Positions 44,891 to 55,063 of a DNA stretch of 64,000 bases are shown in pieces. The first letter of the stretch is position 1. The number at the start of each line of letters is the position of its first letter. The notes under the pieces were generated by a model. It saw only the letters and a list, made by a program, of their open reading frames with translations, was not told where the DNA came from and made no database searches. Both the position numbers and the translations under genes were made by a program. Source of the DNA: Bryobacterales bacterium (GTDB taxonomy: Bacteria > Acidobacteriota > Terriglobia > Bryobacterales > UBA6623); NCBI GenBank assembly GCA_965248305.1, contig OZ252099.1, forward strand, positions 2,416,338-2,480,337. The letters are read 5' to 3'.

Positions 44891-46048
44891 CTATCGTCCC
44901 GGTGCGGAACGGTCGTCCTCGCGCGTGCGCTGGAACAGCCGGTACTGGTCCCCCGGCTCCCCCGCGCTCGGCCGCTGGATCGCGCCCGCGGGGATTTCCG
45001 GAACCGGCGCGTCGCGGGCGACGGGCTCGAGCGCCTTCGCCGGCGCGGCCTCCCGCCCTTCCGCCTCGCGCTCCGCGACGCGGTCGCGCTCCGGCTGCAT
45101 CAAGAAGTCGCTGATGTCCTGGGCGTCCCTGGCCGCGCGGTAGATCTCGCGCGAGTCCTCCCGCAGCGCCTTGACCCAATGCCCCACGTAGGAGGCGCTC
45201 CGCGCGGGGTCGTGCCCGAGATCGAGCCGGTCCCCGGTCATCATCGAACTGATCTCGGCCCGCAGCTCCTCGCGCGCGTACTGCTTCGAGTAGGGCCCCT
45301 CGACGATGCCCTCCTGCAGCGTGGCGCGGTTCAACCGGCTCGCGTGCCCCGTCCAGTGGCCCAGCTCGTGCAGCGCCGCCTGGTAGTAGCCCGCCGCCTC
45401 GGGGAAGCGTTCGCGGAACGGCAGGACGATGCGGTCGCCGCGGATGTCGTAGAACGCCCGGTCCCCGCCCGCATGCTCGATCCGCGCCCCGGATCCTTTC
45501 AGGACGCGGTCCGCCTCGGGGTGCCCCGCCCAGGGGCGGCGCCCCTCCGCCCGGGGCGGGAGGCCATCGCACTGCTCCGCGTTGAAGACGTTGTAGGTGT
45601 ACACGCGCGGCGACTGCAGCGCCCGCGTCTCGTACACCGTCGCGCCCTTCTCGTCCCGCACCGGCCGTCCTTCGCTGTCCCTGGCCGCCCGGCGGTCCTC
45701 GAAGTGCCAGTACAGGATCCGCGTCCCCGTCTCGCCGCGCTGCACCTGCCCCCCAAGGCCCTTGACCTGGTTGTAGGTGCCCCAGCGGTGGTCGCCGTAC
45801 CCGCGCTGCTCGGCCACGGACATCAGCCACACGGAATTGCCTCCGCGGTAGGCCTTGCCGGTCTGCACGTTCGCCGGCAGGGCCTGCTCGCCCGGCGCCC
45901 AGGCCTGGGTCCAGGGCGCGGTGCCTTTCTCGATCTGCTCGATCAGCCGCCCGGCGACCTGCCGGTGATATTCGTCGATCCGCCGCAGCCGGTCGGCGGC
46001 GCCCCCCTGCGAGCGGCCCTGCCCGCCCCGCCGCGCCTTATACGCCAC
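44891..46048 (-). CDS. ardC: ArdC-like anti-restriction protein
   Basis: IEKGTAPW, YRGGNSVWL, RWGTYNQ, VFNAEQ, HELGHWTGH and YAREELRAE. Confidence 0.92.
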   Translation of the reverse strand: MAYKARRGGQGRSQGGAADRLRRIDEYHRQVAGRLIEQIEKGTAPWTQAWAPGEQALPANVQTGKAYRGGNSVWLMSVAEQRGYGDHRWGTYNQVKGLGGQVQRGETGTRILYWHFEDRRAARDSEGRPVRDEKGATVYETRALQSPRVYTYNVFNAEQCDGLPPRAEGRRPWAGHPEADRVLKGSGARIEHAGGDRAFYDIRGDRIVLPFRERFPEAAGYYQAALHELGHWTGHASRLNRATLQEGIVEGPYSKQYAREELRAEISSMMTGDRLDLGHDPARSASYVGHWVKALREDSREIYRAARDAQDISDFLMQPERDRVAEREAEGREAAPAKALEPVARDAPVPEIPAGAIQRPSAGEPGDQYRLFQRTREDDRSAPGR

Positions 46049-46238
46049 GGTCGTCCTCCCGGGGTTGGGCCTCGGGCAGGTCCGCGGCCTCGAGCACGTC
46101 CTCGAGATCGACGTCGTCGCGGAACGCTCCGTACTCGGCTGCCTCGTCCGGGTCCATTTCGATGAACGCCGGCGCGGGCGGCCCCGGCGCCGCGGGTGCC
46201 TGGCGGCCGCGCTTCCGATTCGCATGGTTCTGTGGCAT
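46038..46238 (-). CDS. Small acidic hypothetical protein
   Basis: EMDPDEAAEYGAFRDDVDLEDVLE. RBS GGAGA. Overlaps the ardC start. Confidence 0.55.
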   Translation of the reverse strand: MPQNHANRKRGRQAPAAPGPPAPAFIEMDPDEAAEYGAFRDDVDLEDVLEAADLPEAQPREDDRGV

Positions 46239-46264
46239 CGTTCTCCTTCCCCGGGAGCGAGGTG

Positions 46265-47113
46265 TCAGCGGGCTCGCCGGGAGCGCCCTTCGCGCTCGGC
46301 CCGCAGCGACTCGACCGCCCGGTCTACCGTCCTTCGAGCGTATGCAAGCGGCTGCGGCTTGTCACCCCTGCGCCCGGCCAACTCGGCGACGAGAGTCTCC
46401 GGATCGCGCGCCGCCCGCAACTCGCCGCGCACCCAGGCCCAGTCCCGCCCGCTGGGCGAGCTGTCACCCCCCGCGGATCGCGCCGGGCTCCAAGCGGCGG
46501 CCGCCGCCGCAACGGGCACGGGCAGGTCGGAAGGGAACTCCGGCACCTGCGCGACCCGTCCCGTGGAGGCCACCAGCGCGCAGGGCGTGCCGCCCCGTTT
46601 CCAGTTCCTGTAGCCCGGGATCCGCAGGACCCGGGCGACATCGATGACCTGGGTGTCGGCGCCGTAGCGGATCGCGAGCCCCTTCGTCAGCGCCTCGACG
46701 CGGCCATGGTCGAGCGCGCCCCGCGGCACGCTCCACAGGACCTGGAACCGGCCCGGCGAGGAGTGCACGACATGGGTGGGCGGCGGGAGCCTGCCCGCCT
46801 TCGCGTCGGCGAGGATGCGCGCCAGCGACCGGTCGCCGTCTTCGTCGATGTCTAGGTACACCCGCATGACGTCGCCGATCGCGCTCTTCGTCCGGCCCCA
46901 GGCGCCCGGGCGCACCGGATTGACCCCGAGGAACAGGTCGTGGCGCGCGGCGTTGAGGTGCCGCAGCCAGGCCTGCGTGCGATCGGCCGCGACGATCTCG
47001 GCGGAATAGACCTTCTGCACGACGTCGCCGCCGCCCTCCCCGCGGGGGATCGCGACGAGCGCGACGCGGTCCCGCGCGTCGAAAAGGGATCGAATGTAGT
47101 CGCCCGGCCTCAA
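46265..47113 (-). CDS. RepB-type DNA primase domain protein
   Basis: YLDID, VHSSPGRFQVLW, RVLRIPGYRNWK and C-terminal SPSGRDWA...YARRTV. Confidence 0.85.
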   Translation of the reverse strand: MRPGDYIRSLFDARDRVALVAIPRGEGGGDVVQKVYSAEIVAADRTQAWLRHLNAARHDLFLGVNPVRPGAWGRTKSAIGDVMRVYLDIDEDGDRSLARILADAKAGRLPPPTHVVHSSPGRFQVLWSVPRGALDHGRVEALTKGLAIRYGADTQVIDVARVLRIPGYRNWKRGGTPCALVASTGRVAQVPEFPSDLPVPVAAAAAAWSPARSAGGDSSPSGRDWAWVRGELRAARDPETLVAELAGRRGDKPQPLAYARRTVDRAVESLRAEREGRSRRAR

Positions 47114-47162
47114 GCCGCGAGGGTATCCCGGGCGGCGGCCGGAGTCCAGCGCGGCGCCGGGG

Positions 47163-47648
47163 CTAGTAGCTCTGGGAGAGCTGCCGCAGCTTCTGCTCCA
47201 CCCGCGCGCGCCACCGCGCGCGCTCTTCCTCGGCCGACTCGATCAGAATGCCGAATTCGTCGTAGTCGTCGTCCGGCTCCCAGTGGGCCGCGGCCCCTTC
47301 GCCGGGGGGCTCGGGGTTGTCCCCGCCGGCCGGGTCGATGCTGTTGAGGTACGCCAACAACGCCGGCAGGTTGCCGCCCCAGTGCGCCTCCAGCCCCGCG
47401 CGGAACTCGTCGATCTCACTCCCGGTGGGAGGAACCACCTGCGGCGCGTTGTGCCCGGCCTGGTCCGCCGCCTGGTCGAAGGCATCACCGTCCAGTTCAT
47501 AGTCGGAGCCCTCCTCCTCTCCGAGCCGCTCGTATTCGTCTACCGCCTGCGGATCGGGCTCGTAGTCCGAGTCGCCCGGCTGCTGCGCCGGCAGGTTGCC
47601 GCCCAGCGTCAGGCCCAGCGCAACGGAAAGCAGGATGCGCGTCGTCAT
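47163..47648 (-). CDS. Secreted acidic hypothetical protein
   Basis: Signal peptide MTTRILLSVALGLTLGGNLPA followed by a D/E-rich body. Confidence 0.65.
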   Translation of the reverse strand: MTTRILLSVALGLTLGGNLPAQQPGDSDYEPDPQAVDEYERLGEEEGSDYELDGDAFDQAADQAGHNAPQVVPPTGSEIDEFRAGLEAHWGGNLPALLAYLNSIDPAGGDNPEPPGEGAAAHWEPDDDYDEFGILIESAEEERARWRARVEQKLRQLSQSY

Positions 47649-48101
47649 GCCCCGGATTGTACACCCGGCTCGGGGAACTGGATGCCTCTCGTGCGCCGCA
47701 ACGATCCTGACAGTACGGGAGCTGGGCGGTGGCAAGACCGGCAGCAACGTCAGCCGTCCGATCTACCGCACTGCACACGCGGTCGAAGGCAAGTTCAGGT
47801 CCGTTCCGGATCCTGGTCGCCTCAGCGGCGTCCCACTGCTCCTTCCAAATCGTGTGCCAGATTCTTCCAGCCTCTCAACGCTTCTCCCGATCTTCTTTCC
47901 AGCAAGCGTCTCACCTTCAAACCGACTCGCGGTTGCGTAAAAACGGGGCAAGAACAAAGGTGTCCGGAGCAGAGGAATGCGTTCGACGATCGCCGCATCG
48001 CGGGAACGCGAAGGGCAAGATCCTGACTCGGCGGCACGCCGAGCTGCAGCAGCGATGCCCGGGAACAGCCTCAGGCGTTTGCGGTACGAGGCGTCAGGCG
48101 C

Positions 48102-49421
48102 TTACCCGGCCGCGACCATTTGCTCGAACCGCTCTTGGTCAATCACTCTGTTGTTCACCAATGTCGTCTGAACCAGGCGCTCCGATACCCGAAACCATTG
48201 GGCTGCCGCAGTGACGTCGTCAGGTGTCGGTGCAGCGGTCCCAATGAAATCGAGCAGGTCACTGAACGGGCACAAGAAACTCTGCGCAAACGCCCGCTGG
48301 AATCTCTGCCGAACCGACTTGGCGGAGGAGATTAGTCCGAGCCGGTCATTCCCCGACCAGATCGCATCACCCAGCACCCGGCAAAGCTGGAATCGCTTCG
48401 CCTCGGGCCAGTTTGCGCTAAGGGCTACAGTGCTAGTGCCGTGGTCCGAGTCGCGACGGCGGATCCCGTAGGGGATGGATGGGAAGCTGCGGATGTGATC
48501 GAAGCGTTGCGTGCTCACACCTAGAAGATCCCGGAGACGCCCGTTCGGAATCGGACCGCAGGGAACCGCAAGGTTTTCGCGCAACCTGCCCGCGGCTTCT
48601 TCAGCTAGCTTCCACGGGGGCACCCTGGCGCCAGGCACGAAAGCCTGGTCGGAGGGTTCAGCTGAATGAGATCGAGCTGAGGCAATCGCGTTCGATAGAT
48701 CAACCTTCGTCTTCGAGTTCTCAACCGCCCTTAGTCCTTCCTCGAGTGCCTGCGCGACGCCAATTCCCTGGTGCGAAATGCAAGCCTCGCTGACCGCCTC
48801 CTGGCCGAGTTCGTCGACAAACTTGTCCAGCCGTTCCATCAGTTGGATAGGGGCTTCATCCACATCGAAGCCAAGTTTGGCTTCGATCGTCCTCCAGATC
48901 GCAAGATTCGGATCCTCTCTCTCTCTGCGGGCCTGCTGATGGAGATCAAGTAATGTATCGGAGTCATTCGTGGCGAATTCGCGTACGCGCTCCAGGAACC
49001 TGTCGAAGCTCTGTTCAACATCGACAGACGGAATCAAGCCAAGGTAACTGGCCTCGAACTTCACCGGTGCAGGCGAATCCCTGTACCGCGGCTGCGTGCG
49101 GATCCCCACCTGGTCCCCCTCTCCCCAGAATCTGATCGGAGGCCAGGCATAGCCGCCTCCGATCGAGGACATCTCGTGCGCCAAGAGCCATTCGGCAGTG
49201 ATCGCGCCGACGGGTTCCGGCTCATGAAAGAGCCTCCACCAGTTGTCGAGGATCCAGAAGGCCAGATGGGATGGAGGAGCGTGCAGGAACGTGTCCTCGC
49301 AATTGCTCGAAACCCTAAACAGTCTAGTCAGAAACTCGCCATCGGCTTGGATTCCAACTTGGCGAATCTCAGTGGGAGATTGCTCTTCCAGCTCCTTTAC
49401 GATGATTTCCAGCCCTGCCAT
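48102..49421 (-). CDS. ImmA/IrrE-like protein lacking HEXXH
   Basis: C-terminal KRFQLCRVLGD...RQRFQRAFAQSFLCP...AAQWFRVSERLV matches the IrrE layout without metal ligands. Confidence 0.65.
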   Translation of the reverse strand: MAGLEIIVKELEEQSPTEIRQVGIQADGEFLTRLFRVSSNCEDTFLHAPPSHLAFWILDNWWRLFHEPEPVGAITAEWLLAHEMSSIGGGYAWPPIRFWGEGDQVGIRTQPRYRDSPAPVKFEASYLGLIPSVDVEQSFDRFLERVREFATNDSDTLLDLHQQARREREDPNLAIWRTIEAKLGFDVDEAPIQLMERLDKFVDELGQEAVSEACISHQGIGVAQALEEGLRAVENSKTKVDLSNAIASARSHSAEPSDQAFVPGARVPPWKLAEEAAGRLRENLAVPCGPIPNGRLRDLLGVSTQRFDHIRSFPSIPYGIRRRDSDHGTSTVALSANWPEAKRFQLCRVLGDAIWSGNDRLGLISSAKSVRQRFQRAFAQSFLCPFSDLLDFIGTAAPTPDDVTAAAQWFRVSERLVQTTLVNNRVIDQERFEQMVAAG

Positions 49422-49425
49422 TGGT

Positions 49426-49923
49426 TCAGAACCCGTACTTGCTCTTGCACTGTTCCGCGGCAATACGGTCCCGCTTGCTTCCAGAAGTGTGAGCCCACTC
49501 ACTATATCGGTTGTAGACCGGACGTGCGATCGACTCCCAATCCAGCACTGGGTATCCGTGATATTCGGAAGTCACCACGTTCGTTGGGCGTCCCTCGAAA
49601 ATCCAGCCGTCATCGCCCACTGTCCAGATCAGGTTTCCGTGCCCCACCAGGCCCGCTCGCAGGCCTCTCTCGACCAGTCCCGGAATAGTGCGGGCCTTGT
49701 CGCTGGTGAACCCCGCATGTTCGTCGCAAAGTGTGGCGTCGCCCTTCGAGCCTCCTGAGATGCTCAGCCCGAATGCAAGCGGATGCATCTTGTGCTTCTC
49801 GCTGCCCTTATAGCTAACCGAACTCAGCAAATGTTCGAGCAGTTCGTCCGCTGGTGCAGCCAGCAATCGCCTCTTGACGTTGTCGGGACGCCTTTCGTCC
49901 CGTCGCGTGGGGGGCCGCTTCAT
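49426..49923 (-). CDS. Putative RNase-type toxin
   Basis: YKGSEKHK...TLCD...WIFEGRPTN...EYHGYP. Lies 4 bp upstream of the IrrE-like gene. Confidence 0.55.
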   Translation of the reverse strand: MKRPPTRRDERRPDNVKRRLLAAPADELLEHLLSSVSYKGSEKHKMHPLAFGLSISGGSKGDATLCDEHAGFTSDKARTIPGLVERGLRAGLVGHGNLIWTVGDDGWIFEGRPTNVVTSEYHGYPVLDWESIARPVYNRYSEWAHTSGSKRDRIAAEQCKSKYGF

Positions 49924-50369
49924 GTTTCCCAAGGCTGCTCGTCCTCCAATTGAAGCACGTACCTGGACGCGCGGTCCAAATGTTGCAACTAACCGATTTC
50001 GCTGCCTCGAAACGGCTTCGGAGAGCGTGCCCCGAGCCGGAACTCCAGGGAAGATCCCCTCATGGCGAAGAGTCTCAGTCGACGCGGAGGGCCGTCCCGC
50101 AGCGGCGGCAGAGCAGCCGGTCAGGCACGATCGCTCGCGCCGCGCTCTAGCAGTTTCAGCATGGCCAGCGTGACGAGCGGCCCCGAGACCCGGTTGCGAC
50201 CCTCCCGAGGCCACAGGCTGCGTGACGAGTGCAGTATAAGGCCCTTGCGAAGGACCGGCGAGCCCCGACAGCCTCTGAAACGGCCGCAGTGCGGCCGCTG
50301 CCACCGTGGACGCGCGGGGGAGGTAACCCAGATCCTACCGGGTACGTCCGAACCGACACTGGAGACGCA

Positions 50370-50786
50370 ATGTTCGGACGAGACAGGAAAGAGCACCTCA
50401 GCGACCCCTACCCGGGGCTGTTCCAGAACCCGCCCCTGCTGGATCCGGAGTTCGACAGCGACAAGAGCCTGCCGCTGGTCCGCTACCGGATCCTGGTCGA
50501 CGGCGAGCAGGACGCGGCGGGCGAGTTCCATTGCGACCACCGATTCGCCCTCGATGATGCAACGGGCATGATTAATCGCGGTCGCTACGGACGGCTCGGG
50601 AAGTACCTGGCCGAGGTCGAGGTCTACGATGCGGACGGAAACCTGCTCGGCCGCGACAAGCAGGTCCGCACCAGGGTGGCCGACCAGAAGACGGTCCAGT
50701 GGCAAAGCATCGCCGGCCGCGGGGCTCGGGCTGAACGGACCGCGGTAAAGATCCGCGCGATGGGCCCGCCCGCTTCGAGCCGCTAG
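50370..50786 (+). CDS. Hypothetical protein
   Basis: RBS GGAGA and GC3-rich codon usage. Confidence 0.55.
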   Translation: MFGRDRKEHLSDPYPGLFQNPPLLDPEFDSDKSLPLVRYRILVDGEQDAAGEFHCDHRFALDDATGMINRGRYGRLGKYLAEVEVYDADGNLLGRDKQVRTRVADQKTVQWQSIAGRGARAERTAVKIRAMGPPASSR

Positions 50787-51767
50787 CGGTCCAGCCCGGG
50801 CAGCGTCCTGGCCCGCTCGGGCAGCTCGGCCGATCGCGGCAGCTTCGCGCCGTCCCGGCTGGCCCCTTCGAGCTTGGCCCCCGCCATCCGCGCCCCCGCG
50901 AGCCGGCTCCCGGCCAGGTTGGACTCCCGCAGGTCCGCGCCGGTCAGGTCCGGCCCCCGCCGCTCGGGCGAGTCGGCCCCGGCGAGCACGGCCCCCCGCG
51001 CCCGGATCTCGCGCATGTCGGTGTTTTCCAGTGTGGCGTGGTGCAGGTTGACCCCCGCCGCGTTGGCGCGCGCCATCCGCGCGTTGGTGAGATCGGCCTG
51101 TCCGAGGTTAGTGCCGCGCATCGAGGCGGCCTCAAGCACGGCGCGCTGCGCAGGTCCGCATGGCGCAGGTCCGTCCGCTGGCCGCCGCTGGCCTGGAAGA
51201 GCGCCTCGGAGAAGTCCGTCCCGACGGCCCGGATGCCGTACATCCGCGCTCCGTCGAACCCCGCCGCGCGGCCGTCAGCCCCGCTGAAGTCGGCCGCTCC
51301 CAGGTCGGCGTTGGAGAAGTCGGCGTGCGACATCCGCACATCGGTGAAGCGGGCTCCGTAGGCGACGGCTTCGCGGAGAGTGGCCCGCCCCAAATCAGCT
51401 CCCAGCAATCTCGCGTCGACCAGCCTGGCCCCGTCCAGGTTGGCACCTCCGAGCCGGACCTCAAGCCCTCTCACCGCAGTCAGGTTCGCCCCTCGCAAGT
51501 CAGCCCGCTCGAGGGTAGCGCCGTCGAGCCGTGCCCCGGCCATCCGCGCGCCGCGCAGGTCGGCTTGAGACAGGTCCAGGTTCGAGAGGTTCAGCCGCTC
51601 GAGGTTGAAGCCCGCAGGTCCGCCTTGCGGCCATCCTGCCCGCCGGTCTGGAGCCAGACCTGGTGGTCGGCGACGATCTTGCGCAGCTCTTCCGCCCGCT
51701 TCGCGTCAACGATCTTCTCCGCGACGATGTCGGCGAACTGCTGCAGCGCCCGTTCCTCTCCCGGCAT
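50783..51767 (-). pseudogene. Pentapeptide-repeat protein, frameshifted
   Basis: HQVWL..GG.DG.KADL start followed by A(D/N)LxG repeats spread over three frames. Confidence 0.85.
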
Positions 51768-51776
51768 GGCCGCCCA

Positions 51777-52734
51777 TCACCTCCCGGGCCGCGGCCAGAA
51801 GCGCCGCGTTTCCCAGCCGTCCCCCTGCGCCCTCAGGACGTGCACGGCCGAGGACACTCCGCGCCGCCCGTCCCGCCGCTCGACATGCACCACGAAATCG
51901 ATCGCCTGGGCGACCTGCATGCACAGCACGGGCCAGGCGATTCCCTCGCCTCCCCTGCAGGGCGCAGGAGGCGAGCCGCACCAGCGCGCTCTCGGCGTCG
52001 TTGGAGTGGATCGTGCTCAACGATCCCCCGTGGCCCGTGTTCAGCGCCTGGATCAGGTCCGCGGCCTCGCCCCCGCGGACCTCGCCCAGGATCAGGCGGT
52101 CCGGCCGGTGCCGCAGCGAGGCCCTGACCAGGTCCCGGATGGACAGCCCGGACCCGGTCAGCTCGCGCGCCTCCATCTGCAGCAGGTTGGTCGCCTGGAG
52201 CTGGATCTCCGTCGTGTCCTCGATCACGAGGATCCGCTCGTCGTCCGGGATGACTCCGGCGAGCGCCTGCAGCAGCGTGGTCTTGCCGCTCCCTGTCCCG
52301 CCGGCAATCAGGATGTTCCGCCGCGCGCGGAGGTGCTCGGCCGCCTCCTCGTACACGGCCGCAGGCAGGGACCCGGCCGCGACCAGATCCTCGGCGCTGA
52401 ACTGCCGCCCCCCAAAGCAGCGGATGGTGATGGCCGCGTGCTGGACGACGGGAGGCAGCGCGATGGCGACCCGCGAGCCGTCGTCCAGCCGGGCGTCGAC
52501 GATCGGGACCTTCTCGCCGGCCTCCAGCCCGAGCGGCCGGGCGATATGGATCGCGGCCGCGTAGATGTCCTCGGCGGTCAGCCCCGGGGCCGCGACCTCG
52601 GCCGGCTGGCCCCCGCCGCGCTCGACGAAGTACTTGCCGGGCCCGTTGATCATGAGCTCGCTGACGGTCTCGTCCTGGAAGGCCTCCCGTACCACCTCGG
52701 GCAGCAGCGACATGACGCGGTCAAGCGCCGGCAT
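51777..52734 (-). pseudogene. VirB11/TrbB/CpaF ATPase with a late frameshift
   Basis: ELMINGP, GGTGSGKTT, IEDTTE, LRHRPDRLILGEVRG and NTGHGG.LSTIH. Confidence 0.92.
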
Positions 52735-52782
52735 CAGGGCCTCCCGCCGCGGGCGTCCCGCGGCCTTCGCGTTGCAGTGCGA

Positions 52783-54766
52783 TCATCCGTTGTCTCCTTT
52801 CGCGCCCAGCGCGCCCTCGCGGACCGCCTGCCAGTAAGGCTTGTCCGCCGGCAGGAAATAGGGCTTGAGATACACCCGCCTGGCGGCCATCGCGTTGTAG
52901 CCGTCGAACGGGATCACGATCGCCTCGCAGGTGCCGAGCGCTTCGAAGTCGTTGGGGTGGAAGCGCGGCTCGCGGCGGCCCTGGTAGGACCTGCCGGCGC
53001 CCATGCTGGCACGGGCGCCCCCGGCCTTGCCGCTCAGCAGCGAAACGCCCGCCTGCGAGGTGTTCTCGCTGAAGTTGTAGCTGGCCTTCAGGCGTTCCAC
53101 GGTGCCGCACATCTCGGATGCCGCCTTGGATGTGTCAGGGTCGGCCGAGGTCAGGAACACCCGTGTCCGGAACGACTGCAACAACGTCTTCCAGGCATCG
53201 CCGCGCGTCGCGCTCTTCAGGGAAGAGATCGACTGCGTGGCCACGATCGGCACCACCCGCGACTGGCGTGTCAGGGGGAACGCCTTCTCGTCTCCTTGCG
53301 GCTCGTCCTCGCCGACCGTCGCGAACGACTGGTACTCGTCGCCGACGAAGACAGCCGGCCGCCTGCAGCCAGGCCCCCTTGAGCATGACGCCGACCGCGC
53401 GCGCCAGCGCGGGGCTCGTCCCGGCCGGCATGTTCAGGCAGAGCACCGTGCCGTTCTCGATCAGCTCGCGCAGGCGGGGCAGCGGCTGCAGCAGCGCGGG
53501 GACGACCCCGCTGAACGTCGCCCCTTCCTCCGGGACCTCGCCGACGGCCGGCGGGCCGGGGCAGAACACGCGGGCGACCTCCGGCTGGTCGAAGATCCCC
53601 AGGAACGACGAGACGCCCTCCACGACTGACGTCCGCAGCTTGCCATCGAGATTCTGCCAGTCCTTCTCGAGCCACAGCTCGAACGCGGCGAGGCGCCCGT
53701 CGGCGTCGGCAGCGACAGGCGGCCGGGAGGGCCGCTCGCGCCGCGCCTCGATGCCCGCCTCCTCGAGGGTGTCGAGCAGGCCGCGCGTCATGGCCGCGGA
53801 GAGACTGTCCCCCTCGCGAGCCCAGGGCCCGAACCGCTGTAGGGCGGCAAGCCGCGGAGCGAAGTCCTCCGCCCGGACCGTCACGCGCATGGCCGGCTCC
53901 TCCCGCACGTCGGCCTGCGCCTGCACGAGCCGACTGTTCAGCAGGCCGCTGTCGATCGCGCACCGGTACAGGTCGCGGAGCGTCACCCAGCCGCTGCTGT
54001 GGATGCGGTGCAGCTCGATCAGGTTCCGCAGCAGATTGGTCGAGGCCTGCTGCCAGAACGGCTCCTTGCCCTTGCCGAAGAGCTGGTTGAGCAGCGAGCT
54101 GAGCTGGTATGCCAGCGAATAGGAATCGACCTCGGGCGCGTCGAGCGGGTTCCACTGCCACCGGCCGCCGATGCCGATCTCGGCGTAGTCGCCCTCCCTC
54201 CCGCAGGCCCTGAGAATGGCGCGGACGTGGTGGCAGAAGTCGCCCTTGACCTCGAGCACCAGGCCGCTCGCCCGCTTGTCCGGATCGGCGGCCTGCCAGC
54301 TGAACAGCTGCGCGACGAACGGCCGCATGCAGGCGGCCGTCTTGCCGGATCCCGTGGCCCCGAAAACAGCCGTCCCGGTGAAGAGGCCCGCGGCGGGGAC
54401 CGTCAGCCACGTCGGCCGCTCGACCTCGACGGGATCCACCGGGTGGTGCTGCTCTCCGATGACGATGGCGGGCTCGGCCTCCCCGCCGCTGAGCGGCCAC
54501 TTGGGGAGCGTGCCGCGGACAGCGGCTGGGCCGCCGCGCGGCCCCCACACATCCCAGGCCGACAGGGCGAAGGAGCCCGCGACGCCGACGCCGGCCGCCG
54601 GCCAGGCCCAGCCCCACAGCCAGAACAGCCAGTACAGCGCCGGATCGTAGACCGCGACCAGGTCCAGCGCCGGCGCCTCCCCGGGAGCGGGCCAGGGCCA
54701 GAAGCGCCAGCGCGCCAGGACAGCCACCGTGCCGAAGGCCGCCCACGCCAGCGATCGCGGCGTCAT
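52783..54766 (-). pseudogene. VirD4/TraD-like coupling protein with a deletion/frameshift near 53360
   Basis: N-terminal TMs, GATGSGKT and LEVKGDF. DEYQ and VATQSISSL are in the next frame. Confidence 0.88.
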
Positions 54767-54814
54767 CGCGCCGCCCCCCGGGCGCGGCGCACGCCTTCCC
54801 GCAGGGATGAATTT

Positions 54815-54902
54815 GTAGGAGCGACCCCCGGACGCGGGATCATGTGACGCAGTGACGATCCCGTGGTAGTCCGCAGGGCCCGAAAGGGGGGGTCGCTCCT
54901 AC
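54815..54902. repeat. Perfect 15-bp inverted repeat (oriT-like or GTAG REP-like)
   Basis: GTAGGAGCGACCCCC (54815-54829) pairs with GGGGGTCGCTCCTAC (54888-54902), with an inner GGGATC/GATCCC pair. Confidence 0.7.
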
Positions 54903-55063
54903 CATTTTCCAACCCCCTCGACTGCCACCAGACGGCGGCGGTGCCGCTGCAAGTCCTCCGCCCACAAGCAGCTGCGCGGCCAATGCGTGTGACGCCGAGG
55001 ACTGTAGGACCGTGACACGCCCGAGATCCCCGCGTCACAGCGCGAACTACCACGACACCCACC

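Noticed and set aside
50783-54766. Programmed frameshifting in T4SS genes
   Set aside because: No slippery sites seen. Multiple scattered indels fit decay or sequencing error better.
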